A stretch of DNA of 63,832 nucleotides, filler included, from Reclinomonas americana ATCC 50394 (Eukaryota), in NCBI GenBank assembly GCA_048213135.1. It is 9 parts of 3 records of this genome, joined end to end, with 100 filler letters (N's around TTAATTAATTAA, not from the genome) between each part and the next. Parts side by side here need not be neighbours in the genome. Positions count along the whole stretch, not along the records: positions 25,494 to 32,287 come from PS015036.1; positions 32,388 to 37,016 come from PS015036.1; positions 37,117 to 49,297 come from PS015037.1; 6 more parts are not named here. One strand, given 5' to 3'. The notes below the pieces were generated by a model. That model searched no databases, was not told the DNA's origin, and worked only from the letters and a program-made list of their open reading frames with translations. Within the stretch, counting starts at the first letter, position 1. Every line of letters begins with the position of its first letter. This document shows positions 26,917 to 39,859 of the stretch, one piece after another. The translations under genes and the position numbers were made by a program.

Positions 26917-27478
26917 NNNNNNNNNNNNNNNNNNNNNNNNNNNNNNNNNNNNNNNNNNNNNNNNNNNNNNNNNNNNNNNNNNNNNNNNNNNNNNNNNNNN
27001 NNNNNNNNNNNNNNNNNNNNNNNNNNNNNNNNNNNNNNNNNNNNNNNNNNNNNNNNNNNNNNNNNNNNNNNNNNNNNNNNNNNNNNNNNNNNNNNNNNNN
27101 NNNNNNNNNNNNNNNNNNNNNNNNNNNNNNNNNNNNNNNNNNNNNNNNNNNNNNNNNNNNNNNNNNNNNNNNNNNNNNNNNNNNNNNNNNNNNNNNNNNN
27201 NNNNNNNNNNNNNNNNNNNNNNNNNNNNNNNNNNNNNNNNNNNNNNNNNNNNNNNNNNNNNNNNNNNNNNNNNNNNNNNNNNNNNNNNNNNNNNNNNNNN
27301 NNNNNNNNNNNNNNNNNNNNNNNNNNNNNNNNNNNNNNNNNNNNNNNNNNNNNNNNNNNNNNNNNNNCAAGGCAGAGAAAGAAATTTGGGGGGTGTGTGT
27401 GCAGTGTTTTGTGTGAATGCAATCGAAAAGAGAAATGTTGTTTCTTGTTGTGGTGGTGTGGGTGCGTGCATATCTGTG

Positions 27479-28681
27479 CTATTCGACAGCAGCGTGTACG
27501 TGTGGGCGCTTTTGGGGTGGCTGCTCGTCCTTGTCTTCGTCGTCGTGCGGTCGCTTGCCACTGGGCATGTGGGTGGACAGAGTGGTGAGCGAGGCCTGCA
27601 GAGATGCGAGGCGTTGTCGCGCATCCGCCGCCTGCAGGGCTGTTAGCGAGCGGGTAGCACGAGGCGGTATGTGTGTGTTGCAGTAGCCACTCAACTCTCC
27701 TCTCGGCGTCGTTGATCTTGTGCTGGTACTCGTGCTCTGTCCGTCTGCACTGCTCCAGCTCCGCTCGCAGAGTGTGCGTCTCCACACGCTGCACCGCCAG
27801 CTGCGCACTCAGCTCGGCATTCACAGCGCCCAGACGATTGCCGCGCACTCGCTGCTCCTGCAGCGCCTGCTGCAGGCGCTCGGTCTGCTCGACCCGAGTC
27901 AGCGACTGGGGTAACCTCACAGAAGGCGTGGACACACACACACACCTCTCGGCTCGACTCCCGACACGCGAGCTCCACTCGTCGCTGCGCCTGCTCGGCC
28001 GCCTGCAGTCGCTGCTGCATGGGCGCCACCACGCCCTCCTTGAACCGCTGCACCTTCTCGCTCAGCCTGCGCACACTGACGTTCAACTGCGCCAACTGGC
28101 CATCCTGCTCCGCCAGCGTCCGCCGCATGGCCGTGGCCAGCAGTTGCTCCTCTGCGTGCTCTCGCGCCGACTGTCACACGCACGGAGTGAGCGCGGCTGT
28201 GTGTCGCAGGTGGATGCTCGAGAGAGAGATCACCTGTCCAACACGCGCCTCCAGCACCGCGCAGCGCTCGCGCAGCTGACGATTGGCCGCCTCCAGCACT
28301 CCGCACCGATGCTCGCTTGCCTCCAACTGCGACTGCGCGTGTGTCATTTCGTGCACAAGGAAACGCACTTTTTTTCCTTGGTTACGTAACCCACCTCCAG
28401 TTGCGGTCGCGAGTCATCGACCGCCTGTGCCACAGTCGCGCTTGCCAGTGGCTCGTCCTCCTCCTCTGCCACTGGCACATCATGATCGTCTTCACCACCA
28501 CAGTCGCGCACCTCCTGCGCCTTGTCTTGCTGCTCTCATTGCAGTGAGCTCGAGTGACTTGTCTCTCTCCCACTCTTTCTTTACTGACCTGCGTCTTGTC
28601 GACGTGCTCCAGCAGCGCCTCCAGTGCCCGCTGCAGCGAATGCAGCGCTCCGAAGCCCGTTGTTCGCTCCTCTTCCATCAT
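27479..28681 (-). CDS. Coiled-coil hypothetical protein (~290 aa, 6 exons)
   Basis: MMEEERTTGFGALHSLQRALEALLEHVDKTQ|...|AADARQRLASLQASL...KRPHVHAAVE-stop; heptad pattern; GT-AG introns. Confidence 0.7.
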
Positions 28682-29091
28682 GAATGACTTTTGACCCAAT
28701 TGAAGTGCGCGGCGCTTTCGATGAACCGATCGACGACGAGGTGGAGGTGGTCGGAAGACACAACACAAGAGCGAGTGAGGTCGAAGTTTACATATATAAA
28801 CGCGCCTCAGTCGATGGTCGCGATTGACGGAGTGCATGACCGAAGCAATGATGTCTGCACCACAGCTATCAATATCACGGGCTGCACGATGGAGGTCGCA
28901 GCAATCGCCTCGTTGTACATGCACTTCGACGTCGAAGTGCCCAATTGAAGTTCATCGTGAAATAAACGCCGGCAAGCTACGCCCACTGTAGCTGTTGCTG
29001 TGCATGCTCAGTGCATAGAACGTGCAGACTTTGACAGGAAGCCCGCAACTACGGCGGTCCTGCACAAGCAGTATTTCATTCATCAGAGGCG

Positions 29092-29559
29092 ATGGAGCCA
29101 AGCGACAGCGCTGCGGCTCCTGCAGCCGTTGACTCTGGGCAACCATCACCATCACCACCTCCTCCACCAATGGCCGCTGATGCACCTGCGCCTCCCTCCG
29201 ACGCGGACATGCCCGACTCTGCGCATTTCCCGCCGGCCGCGTCGACGACCCCCGCGACAGTGGACGCGCCCGTGCGCGATGCCCACGACGAAGAGGACGA
29301 TGGGTTCCCTGCTGTGGAGGCCATGGACGCCGATGACGATGATCTGGCGCCACACACATTGCCGCTGTCGACATCGACTGTTGGTGGTGGCGGCGATGCC
29401 GGCGATGATGATGAGTATACGAATGTGCTCAGTGCAGCAGTGGCCGAGTTCACTGCTGCAGCGGCGGCGGCGCAGCAGGCTGTTACCACGCAGCAGCCGT
29501 ATCGCACGCGGATTGGTCGAGTTGAGTTTGACACGCGCAGAGAGAGAGGGAAAGGGAAG

Positions 29560-29603
<44 letters not shown>

Positions 29604-32251
29604 GAGGAGGAGAGGAGGGAGGGAGGGAGGAGAGAGAGAGAGAGAAGAAGANNNNNNNNNNNNNNNNNNNNNNNNNNNNNNNNNNNNNNNNNNNNNNNNN
29701 NNNNNNNNNNNNNNNNNNNNNNNNNNNNNNNNNNNNNNNNNNNNNNNNNNNNNNNNNNNNNNNNNNNNNNNNNNNNNNNNNNNNNNNNNNNNNNNNNNNN
29801 NNNNNNNNNNNNNNNNNNNNNNNNNNNNNNNNNNNNNNNNNNNNNNNNNNNNNNNNNNNNNNNNNNNNNNNNNNNNNNNNNNNNNNNNNNNNNNNNNNNN
29901 NNNNNNNNNNNNNNNNNNNNNNNNNNNNNNNNNNNNNNNNNNNNNNNNNNNNNNNNNNNNNNNNNNNNNNNNNNNNNNNNNNNNNNNNNNNNNNNNNNNN
30001 NNNNNNNNNNNNNNNNNNNNNNNNNNNNNNNNNNNNNNNNNNNNNNNNNNNNNNNNNNNNNNNNNNNNNNNNNNNNNNNNNNNNNNNNNNNNNNNNNNNN
30101 NNNNNNNNNNNNNNNNNNNNNNNNNNNNNNNNNNNNNNNNNNNNNNNNNNNNNNNNNNNNNNNNNNNNNNNNNNNNNNNNNNNNNNNNNNNNNNNNNNNN
30201 NNNNNNNNNNNNNNNNNNNNNNNNNNNNNNNNNNNNNNNNNNNNNNNNNNNNNNNNNNNNNNNNNNNNNNNNNNNNNNNNNNNNNNNNNNNNNNNNNNNN
30301 NNNNNNNCTCTTTCTTTCTTTCTTTCTTTCTTTCTTTTCTTTCTCACTTTCGCACTTGCAGATACATCAATAGTTTCACTGAGACACACAGAGACTCACC
30401 CTCTCTCCCCCCACCCTCTCACTCCCCCTCTCCCTCCCTCCCTCCCTCCTCCCTCCCTCCTTCTCCCTCCTTCTCCCTCTCACTCTCTCCCTCTCTCATT
30501 GCAGTTCGGCGGCGGCCCTCCACTGTCGGAGAGCGAGCGACAAACAGTGCAGCGACGCGCCAGTGAGCTGCAGGAGCGAACGCAGTTCTGGGCGGCGCTA
30601 CACGATCACCTGTGGCGCTCACGCACGCCTATTGCCAAGTTCCCGCAGTACCGTGGACGCTACGTGGATCTGTACTCGTTGTACAGGCGAGTGTGTGACC
30701 TGGGCGGCTCACTGGCCATTCGCGTCTCCAAGGTGCCTCCTCCTCCTCCTCCTTCTTCTTCCTCTTCCTCCACTCACTTACCCTTGTTTTCCTCCCTTTG
30801 CTGTAGAACGATGGTGCCGCGGCTGGCGCATACTCGTGGAAGGACGTGTACTCGACACCGCCGTTCAATTTCGACGCCCGTGTGGCGACCGACGCCGGGT
30901 TCCGCTTCCGCAGTCTCTTCGAGAAGTACTTGGCGGTGTTTGAGGAGGCCACGGGTGGGCGTGTGCCGAATCTCAACGAGGACGAGATCTCGGCCGTGTA
31001 CGAGCACATGGAGGAGACGAATACGTGGCATTTGCGGTGCGACTTTTGTGGAGATGGCCACGGTCCGGCCGACAAGTGTCCGCGCTGCGACGACAAGAAG
31101 GATCTCGTGCAGTGTGAAGCGTGCGGTTCGTGGGCGCACTCCAAGTGTGTGGCTGAGGATTTTAAGATGGATATGGATGAGACGGAGGCGCTACTGGCGG
31201 ATCAGCTCACTGTTGCGTTTACGGTGGGAGGCGGCTTTCTATCTATCTTATGTGTCTCACTGTCTATATGCTGCGCAGTGGTACTGCCGCATGTGTGGCA
31301 ACTTTGTGCTGCCGCGCGACGAGAATCTGTTGGAGAGTCGCGCGCTGCTGACACTGCGACCGGTAGTGGAGCCGCCACTACGACCAGCACCGCGAAAGAA
31401 GAAGGAGGATGGACCTTCGGGAGGCACCAACAGCGGATCGAACACGCCGGTGCCGAGTTGCGCCTCGCATGCCTCGTCGTTTCTCCATTCGCTTCGCGTT
31501 TGTTCACGTGTTGCGTGCGCACAGCTCGCTCACAAGCGACGACGACAACGACTGCCACCACCGGCGCTCCGATTGCCGTCGCCAAACGCACTGCTCCACC
31601 TCGTGCCGCCGCGCACAAGCGGTTACCAATGGCGAGTGGTGGTGGTGGTGGTGGTGGTGGAGCGACAGCAACACAAGCGGTCGGTGCCTCGGGCGCTGGT
31701 GCTGTCACCAGCGGTCGAGCTGGTGGTGCGGCGAGTGCTGGCGGTGGTGGTGGTGGTGTGACAGCTGGCAGTCGAGCCGATGGCGCCGCGCAGCCGCGTC
31801 GCAAGGGTGTTGCGAGACCGTCGGCGCGTGCCGGTACCTCCTACGGATGGCGACCGCGACAGCATGCAGACGAGCAAGTGCGTTTCTCTCTCTCTCTCTC
31901 TCTTTTCTCTCATTCTTCCTGCATCTGTTCGCTCATTGTGCCGTCGCGCAGGAGGGTGGAGCAGAGTCCGACGAGGACTCGGAGGAAGAGGAGGAGGAGG
32001 CGGAGTTGTCGGCCGAACACCTGTCCAGTCTCATGCCCGTCACACCGAAGGAGCTGGAGATTCTCCAGCAGCAGCAGGCGGGTCACTCGCTGTTGCGGCT
32101 GCGCAAGTTCACGCCTCTCCAACTGTGGGCCCACGAGGGTGGCAGTCTATTCTGGAAGCACCTGAATACGCTGGCCAGCGAGGTCGCCGTCTTGAGACGG
32201 GAGCGCGAACAAGATCGCAGGGACTTGGCCGAGCTGCGCAGCGAGCTGGCG
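29092..32251 (+). CDS. ARID/BRIGHT domain plus PHD finger chromatin protein; 3'-partial
   Basis: ARID: FWAALHDHL...PQYRGRYVDLYSLYRRVCDLGG...WKDV...FRSLFEKYLAVFE. PHD: CPRC...LVQCEACGSWAHSKC...|WYCRMC. Confidence 0.88.
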
Positions 32252-32287
32252 GTGAGTGCGACACCGAGTCGATCCACTTTCGTGTGG

Positions 32288-32387
32288 NNNNNNNNNNNNN
32301 NNNNNNNNNNNNNNNNNNNNNNNNNNNNNNNTTAATTAATTAANNNNNNNNNNNNNNNNNNNNNNNNNNNNNNNNNNNNNNNNNNNN
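32288..32387. other. Artificial scaffold-joining linker
   Basis: N44-TTAATTAATTAA-N44. Confidence 0.97.
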
Positions 32388-35300
32388 CCGCAACACAGTC
32401 GCGCGGTGCTTCATGGTCTCCTTGGAGGAGGAGCTGAGGATCTCGCCGCTAAAGGCGTCATCGGCCGTCGCCGAAGTGTACACGTGGCGCACACCGTGCA
32501 CAATGTCGGGCACAATGGGGTTGCGGCCGACCGACGTGCTGGTGTCGAGCGTGCGGCGGCTCGGCACAGTCGCCGGCAGTGACCACCAGTCCTTGCGGCT
32601 CTGCGACGAGTAGTTGAGGGTGCCGCTCTCCGTGAGCGAGTAGTCGCGCGGGATGTTGTGGGCCAGCACGGCAAGACGGAAGTCCTCAATCTTGACGAGC
32701 TCGTACGTCAGGCAGCGCAGCGAGATGCTGGAGACGTCGTACGAGAGGGCGCTGCAGTAGATGCGGCTGTCCGAGTTGGCCGACACGGTGAGACCCGTGA
32801 GCGCGACCATCACCTTGGGCTTCGAGGCTGCAACGGGAAGACGAGAAAGGCAAAGTGAGTGGGAAGGGAGAACAGAGAAGACAGAGGGGAATTCATGAAA
32901 AAAACTCACCAAACTGGCTTGCGAACTGGTACGTGTAGTTCCACGTGCGAGTGCCACTGCCCGAGGAGAACTGCGAGTCGGTCCACGCAGAACCCGTCGT
33001 CGAGGCCTGAATGACAGTCATCTCCAAGTCTGGAGAGAAGAAAGGCGCTCGGGTAAGTTACTGCATTTGATTGGAGAGGGAGGGAACACACAAAAGCACT
33101 CACGATTGCCGACACTGATGGTGCCGCCAGAGCCGTTGTTGCTACCGGACGGCAGCAGCTGTGACACCGGGGTCAACACAGCATCGTCGTTCTCCTTGAA
33201 GCACACTTGCAGAGCGATCGGACGGTCGACAGTCAGCTTGGCGACGTAGCTGTGACAGCAGGCGTTTGTGAGACCAAGGTCGTGCGAGAAAAGCGCATCG
33301 AAATCAACCAACAGTACCTCGCGTACAAGCCAGTGCGCTCATCGCGGCGCAGGAAACCAGTTGCATCGTCCACGTCAGAGTCGGCCACAATGCTCACCAC
33401 TGACGGGTCGTTGGTGCCAGTGCAGCCGTTCGATGACAGCAGCTCGTAGGTGAAGGTGGAGCAGCGAGTGAACGGTCCGTAGAGCGTGTACGCAGTCTCC
33501 ACATTGTCGCGCATGACGTTCGGGAACGTCCAGGTCGGCGTCGCCATGAATTGCTCAATAGTGAACTTGCTGACCGGCACGTACGACATGCCGTTGGACC
33601 AGTGGGCGCAGACAACGTAGGTGCCGGGCGCGGCCAGGGCGGCGCTGGTGCACGCGGCGGTGCGGGTGCTGCCCAGCAGTGTGATCTTGTTCTGCTGGTA
33701 GACTTGCACGCTGAGCGAAGCGTTGCTGATGGCGTTGGGGGCGTTGGGCGACAGAGGATCGGCGAAGCCGTTGCTGATGCCATCGCTGTTGCACGTCAAA
33801 TCGTCCGACAGAATGAACACCGGGGCAGACAGGCCGGCCGGATTCGGCAAGCCAGGGTTCACCACCGTAATGGGAGCCGACAGCACACCGACAGCCAACG
33901 ACATGGGCGTCAGACGTGGATCAACTGCAGACAGGGGAGGGGAGGGGAGAGACAAGAGTGAATAAAACGTGAAGGTGTGTTAAACACATCGTGTACGTCA
34001 CATACCAACATGAATCAAGGCATTGGCGACCAGGAGCGGCGGGGACGAGTTGGCCACGCACAGGTACAAGTTGTTCATCGGCGAGGTCTGGAGGTGCGTG
34101 TCGAACGCAAAGTTGAGCGTGCCCGCATCGGTAAACGTCGGCACCGACACCGTGACGCTGTTGATCAACGACGAGACGCCGCAGTCGGGACTCGAGTACA
34201 ACGACAGCTGGTCGTTGATAGTGAAGCCGGCTGCACCGCTGACGCCGCCCGTCTGGCTGGCGACGTAGATCTGACGCGGCACCTCGGCAGCCACGTAAAT
34301 CGGGCTGTTGGAGAAGCACGGACCGGTGATCTTCAGCGTCAAATTGATGCCGGTGAAGAAGGCGCCGTCGTTGCCGCTCTCGTGGAAGCACAGCGAGTAG
34401 CCGTCGAGCTGGCGCTGCGGGTGCGCGCTCGTGTCAATAGTGAACACAGCAGAGGTGGAGGTGAGGCCCGTCACGGAAATCGCCAGGGTAGAAATGGAGC
34501 TGGTGCCGACGGCGCCGACACCGGTCGGGCACGATCCGAGCGGGAAGGCACGGTACGACAGCGCCGTGGCGGCGCCCACCGTAAAGTTGACTCCGCTCAC
34601 AGTGACCGTGGAGATGCCGGTGGCACGGCTGCAGAGGCCGGCGGCGACAGTGACCTCGCTCACCGCCGAGCACGGGCGCGAGATGCTGATCGAGTGGCCA
34701 ATGTACGAAAAGTTGCTGTCCGACGTCTTCATGCAAATCGTCTGGAACGAGCCGAGTGTGGTGCCAGCGGCGTAGCGGGTGTCGAAGCCGACTTGCATCG
34801 AGAGGCGGTCGGCGGCCACCGAGACGACATTGGCGGAGATGCCGGCAAAGGCCGTCGAGCACGTCGTGTCGCTAAAGACGCGCAGCTGGAAGCCAGAAGT
34901 GGCCGGCAGCGGGAAAGGCGTGTCGGCGCCAGTGGTGATGGTGATCACCTGCGGCTGCGGCACGTTGGCGCAAGAGCCGGGCGAGAGGGCCGACACGTCC
35001 GTGTTGGTGACGCAGGGCGAGTCAATGTCGATCTTGGCACCTGTCCAGCCCCACTTGTCGGTGGGACTGCCCGACGGATCGCCGACAATGGCGCACAGGA
35101 ACTGGCCGGAAATGGCCGACGCCAGGCGGTTGATGGTGTACGACAGAGTGCGCGGCGAGAAGGAATCCGAGTAGAGGGCGGCCGAGTTCGGCAGCAGCGG
35201 CTCCGCAGTGAAGTCAATCGTGGGCGTGCCAGTGCACTCCTTGGTGGCGAAGCCCGAAAAGTAGGTGATCGGTCCGCTATTCGGGTCAATGTTGAGGTTG

Positions 35301-36757
35301 GTGCCGGTCAGCGTCACCGTCTGCACCGAATCGACCGGAACCGAGCTGCCGGGGCACGACTTGTGCTCAAACTTGACCGTGCGCGGCGTCGAGATGCACG
35401 GCGCGTTGAGGCTGAACTTGCCGGGCGGCGACGACTCGACGACGTACGTGGCGCCCGAGTTGGTGGTGGAGCAGAGCGACAGGCCAAAGGCGTCGGCCGA
35501 GTCCTGCACGTTCGACGTGTCAAACGTGAAGATACCCGTGTTGATAAAGACGCCCGTCGGCTGCCCCATGCCGTCCAGCTGCTGGACCGAGGAGACGAAG
35601 CGGTAGGTGATGGGCACATCGGTGCGGATGACTGTGCAGGCGACACTGCCGACGGCCCAGGCGGCGGTTGGCGACGGGGTGGCCGTCACGTTGATGCCGT
35701 CACCGCTCAGAGTGAGCACCTGTTGCTTGGTGTTGATGCCAGAGCAGGTGCCGCTGACCAGCGCAATCGACGCGTAGTTGGTGATGACTGTGTGTGGGGA
35801 GGGAGAGGTGAGGGAAAATGATCAGAGGCAAGAAACCGACAAATTTCTTGAAGGCGCGTGCCGACGTGCGTGTTTGTGACACAGAGAGTGTGCGTGTGAT
35901 AGAGAGACAGAGTNNNNNNNNNNNNNNNNNNNNNNNNNNNNNNNNNNNNNNNNNNNNNNNNNNNNNNNNNNNNNNNNNNNNNNNNNNNNNNNNNNNNNNN
36001 NNNNNNNNNNNNNNNNNNNNNNNNNNNNNNNNNNNNNNNNNNNNNNNNNNNNNNNNNNNNNNNNNNNNNNNNNNNNNNNNNNNNNNNNNNNNNNNNNNNN
36101 NNNNNNNNNNNNNNNNNNNNNNNNNNNNNNNNNNNNNNNNNNNNNNNNNNNNNNNNNNNNNNNNNNNNNNNNNNNNNNNNNNNNNNNNNNNNNNNNNNNN
36201 NNNNNNNNNNNNNNNNNNNNNNNNNNNNNNNNNNNNNNNNNNNNNNNNNNNNNNNNNNNNNNNNNNNNNNNNNNNNNNNNNNNNNNNNNNNNNNNNNNNN
36301 NNNNNNNNNNNNNNNNNNNNNNNNNNNNNNNNNNNNNNNNNNNNNNNNNNNNNNNNNNNNNNNNNNNNNNNNNNNNNNNNNNNNNNNNNNNNNNNNNNNN
36401 NNNNNNNNNNNNNNNNNNNNNNNNNNNNNNNNNNNNNNNNNNNNNNNNNNNNNNNNNNNNNNNNNNNNNNNNNNNNNNNNNNNNNNNNNNNNNNNNNNNN
36501 NNNNNNNNNNNNNNNNNNNNNNNNNNNNNNNNNNNNNNNNNNNNNNNNNNNNNNNNNNNNNNNNNNNNNNNNNNNNNNNNNNNNNNNNNNNNNNNNNNNN
36601 NNNNNNNNNNNNNNNNNNNNNNNNNNGTGTGTGTGTGTGTGTGTGTGTATGTGGAGCGATACACACCTGCGTGACTCGAGTGTGCGAGTGCGAGGAGCAC
36701 AGTGGCGAAAATGAGCAGCACAAAACCCGTCCTGGGTGCCATGTTGCCTTTTTTCAT
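32388..36757 (-). CDS. Large secreted Cys-repeat protein with C-terminal H-type-lectin-like domains (paralog B); 3'-partial
   Basis: (MKKGN)MAPRTGFVLLIFATVLLALAHSSHA signal peptide. Same repeat pattern as 17246-21315. C-terminus KPKVMVALTGLTVSANSDSRIYCSALSYD...GTLNYSSQSRKDWW aligns with paralog A KPYLMIGVSGFGFDNSDARVYCSAISFD...GTIRYSSQGRRDWW. Confidence 0.8.
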
Positions 36758-37016
36758 CGTCACGAGTTGTGTGTGCGTGCAATGAAACCCTCAATAGGCA
36801 GAGAGATGGAGATGGAGATAGAGGCGATAGAGAAGAGAGAGAGAGAGATCTTGTGTGAACCTGGGACACACAAAGAAAGCGCGCGGGAATCGACCTACGC
36901 TCTCTCAATCGCACAACAGAAAAAAACCAAACGGTGCACTGAAATTTCGCGCACTTGTCTGGGGTTCGTAATCGCACGGAGCGATTTTTCCGATGGTGAT
37001 GGCCCAAGTGACACGA

Positions 37017-37116
37017 NNNNNNNNNNNNNNNNNNNNNNNNNNNNNNNNNNNNNNNNNNNNTTAATTAATTAANNNNNNNNNNNNNNNNNNNNNNNNNNNN
37101 NNNNNNNNNNNNNNNN
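37017..37116. other. Artificial scaffold-joining linker
   Basis: N44-TTAATTAATTAA-N44. Confidence 0.97.
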
Positions 37117-37369
37117 GACATTTCAGTAGGAGGGGGGGGGAGGGGGCTATTTGTGGAGGTGAAGGGGGAAATATTAGTGAGATATCGAATTATTGGCAAA
37201 GAGGACTGCAACAACAATTCCAACAGATAATCAACAGTGATGACCAGGTTCACACGTATCCAAGCATCAACACTAACCCGAGTCTTGAGGCAGTTGTTGG
37301 GGAAACGTCTCTGTGCGCGCGTGCGTTCGAATTCGGTTTTCGAATCCGTGCAGAGGAACAACAAATTAT

Positions 37370-37490
37370 CCACCAACAAACAAGCGACAGCTGTCTTAGC
37401 AGCTATCTTGATGACCAAGTCCAACCATGCAAAACATCAACACAAACACGCCAATCGTGAGGAAGCAGCAGGTTTCTTGTGTGTTTGTTC
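37370..37490 (+). repeat. Dispersed ~110-bp intergenic element, copy 1
   Basis: CACCAACAAACAAGCG-ACAGCTGTCTT...CAAAACATCAACACAA...GCAGCAGGTTT matches 43369-43470. Confidence 0.7.
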
Positions 37491-38166
37491 TCGGAGCACC
37501 GAACAAGTCGAGAATTGCGCATGCGATCTTCACCGCATGAGCGTGGAGTTGACTCGCTTGAATAGACGCCCTGCATACTGTAAGTCTGAGGTCTGGCGTG
37601 CATCAAGGCCACAGACGGGTCCGGATCCGGAAAGCGAGCAAAGCAGTGCGCGCAAAAGAATTCGAACGGATCCGGACGGCGACCATTCACGCAATTCGAA
37701 GTCCAAGACCAGGGTGACAACCAGCGGAGCACACGTATGGGGGAAAGGTCTCTGCGTTTGGGTTTCGTAGGAGGACTGCCTTCGCGCAGCGAGCAACAAT
37801 ACTGGGCGCAGCGTTAGCAAAATCGGTTGTTGTTGTTGGATCAATCTGCAAAGTGGCCGATCGGCTGCGTATCCTGCCACTACACCTCAATCCCATCTAG
37901 CGTTAATGAACGGGCAAGCGACGTCGAGAGATCAAAGACGCGAAACGCAGTACTAGTGCGAGTTGCATTTCCGAATCGAACTCTGCGTTTCCCCTATTCT
38001 GCCACTACATCTCCCTTCTCCTCAACAAATACGTCCGAATTCCGCCCACGGCCAACCAATTACGCCAACTTCGACCAAAGCTCCCACATGTACAATCCAC
38101 AAATATCGAACGCGCATAATCAATCGACCGACCGACTGCTCGAATTCACAATCACACTCTCTACTC

Positions 38167-38605
38167 ATGGGCAGCACTTCGTCGGCACTCGTCGGGCGCA
38201 GCCGCAACGAGGGCAACAGTGGACAGAGGCGAGGGCAAGCGGGTGCCGCGAGCGCGCCCACCACCACACAGTCCATTGAGGAAATTCGCAACACGTTGGA
38301 CATGTTGGAGAAGCGCGAATCGGTGCTTGAGAAGCGCATCACAGCCGCCACCGAGCAGGCAAAGGCCAAGCTTGCAAAGAAGGACAAGAAGGGTGAGTGT
38401 GGGGGGGGGGGGATAAAAGTGTGTGTGTGTGCGTGAGATGGCGGTTTGTGTGTGTGACGCCAGCGCGACGCACTGTGTGAGCATCGAGCAATGAGAGGGA
38501 GAATAGAGGGCAAGAAGGGAAGGGGAAGAGAGAGAGAGAGCAGTGGGAGGAGCGCAAGTGAGAGCAAAAGAGAGAGAGAGAGAGTGCAAAGTGAGGAAAG
38601 AGTGT

Positions 38606-38637
<32 letters not shown>

Positions 38638-39810
38638 TGTGTGTGCAAGAGAGGAAAGAGAGTGCAGAGAGAGGGCCAGGAGATGAAGAGAAGAACTAGA
38701 GGAGAGCAACAGGAGAACGAGAAGAGAACAGGACGGGAAGAGTTATCAATAAGTCTCTCTCATACACTCTCACTCTCACTCTCTGCGTGTTCCGGTTTGC
38801 GTGTCTGTGTGTGAGAGAGAGAGAGAGCGTAAAAAGAGCAAGCAGGGAGAGCAAATGAGAGTGCAAGGAGAGAGTAAACAGAGACAGAATAACAAAGTTG
38901 ACGCACTCACTCGCACACACTCTCTCACACACACTCGCACACACACACACATGCACACACATTCTCTCTGAGTGGAAAGAGACGGCAAAGAGAGCAAAAG
39001 AGAGAGAGAAAAGTGAAAGCGAACAACAACTGCATCACTCTCTTGTCCTCTCTCTCACGCTCTCTGTCTCTCTTTGTGCAGGAGCACTTGCGATTCTGAA
39101 GCAGAAGAAGGCGCTGGAGGATCAAGTGCAGAGCCTGCTTGCGCGCAAGGCGACTCTGCAGCAGGTGGCGGACACAATGGAGGATGCGGCGGTGAATGCG
39201 CAGGTGGCGTCGGTGCTGAGGGGTGCCACGGATAACCTCAGGCACAACACTGTGTTGCGTAGTAGTGGGAGGGTGATGGAGGGAAAGGGAGATGAGGGAG
39301 AAGTGATGCAGTCGACTCGATTCTCGTCCGCTTGCGTCAGAATTCCTCATTCTGTCACTTCCACTCATTTCCACTCGCCTATTCTGCTTCATTCGCTGAT
39401 TCTGCTGCTCTCTCATTCTACTCCTCTTGCTCATTCCTCTCCACTCGCTTCTCCTGGTTAATTCGTTCATTGTGTTCCACTTGCTCATTCTTCGCCACTC
39501 TCATCCTTCGCCGCTCGCTCATTCTTCGCCACTCGCTCTCAATTCCTCATTCTGTCACTGCCACTCATTTCCACTCGCCTATTCTGCTTCATTCGCCCAT
39601 TCTGCCCCACTCGCTCATTCTGCTCCACTCGCTCATTCTGCTCTCCACTCGCTCATTCTGTTCATTCTTCTCCATTCACTCCTGCTGCTCGTTCTGCTCC
39701 ACTCGCTCCTGCTGCTCCTCGCTCAGTCTTCTCCACTCCCTCATTCTGCAACACTTGTTCCTTCTGCTTTCGCTCATTTTCCTCCACTCGCTCATTCTGC
39801 CCCACTCGTC

Positions 39811-39859
<49 letters not shown>

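Noticed and set aside
37942-37991. 9-bp stem (GAAACGCAG...CTGCGTTTC) upstream of Snf7 as a possible ncRNA
   Set aside because: Too short, with no tRNA, snRNA or snoRNA hallmarks.
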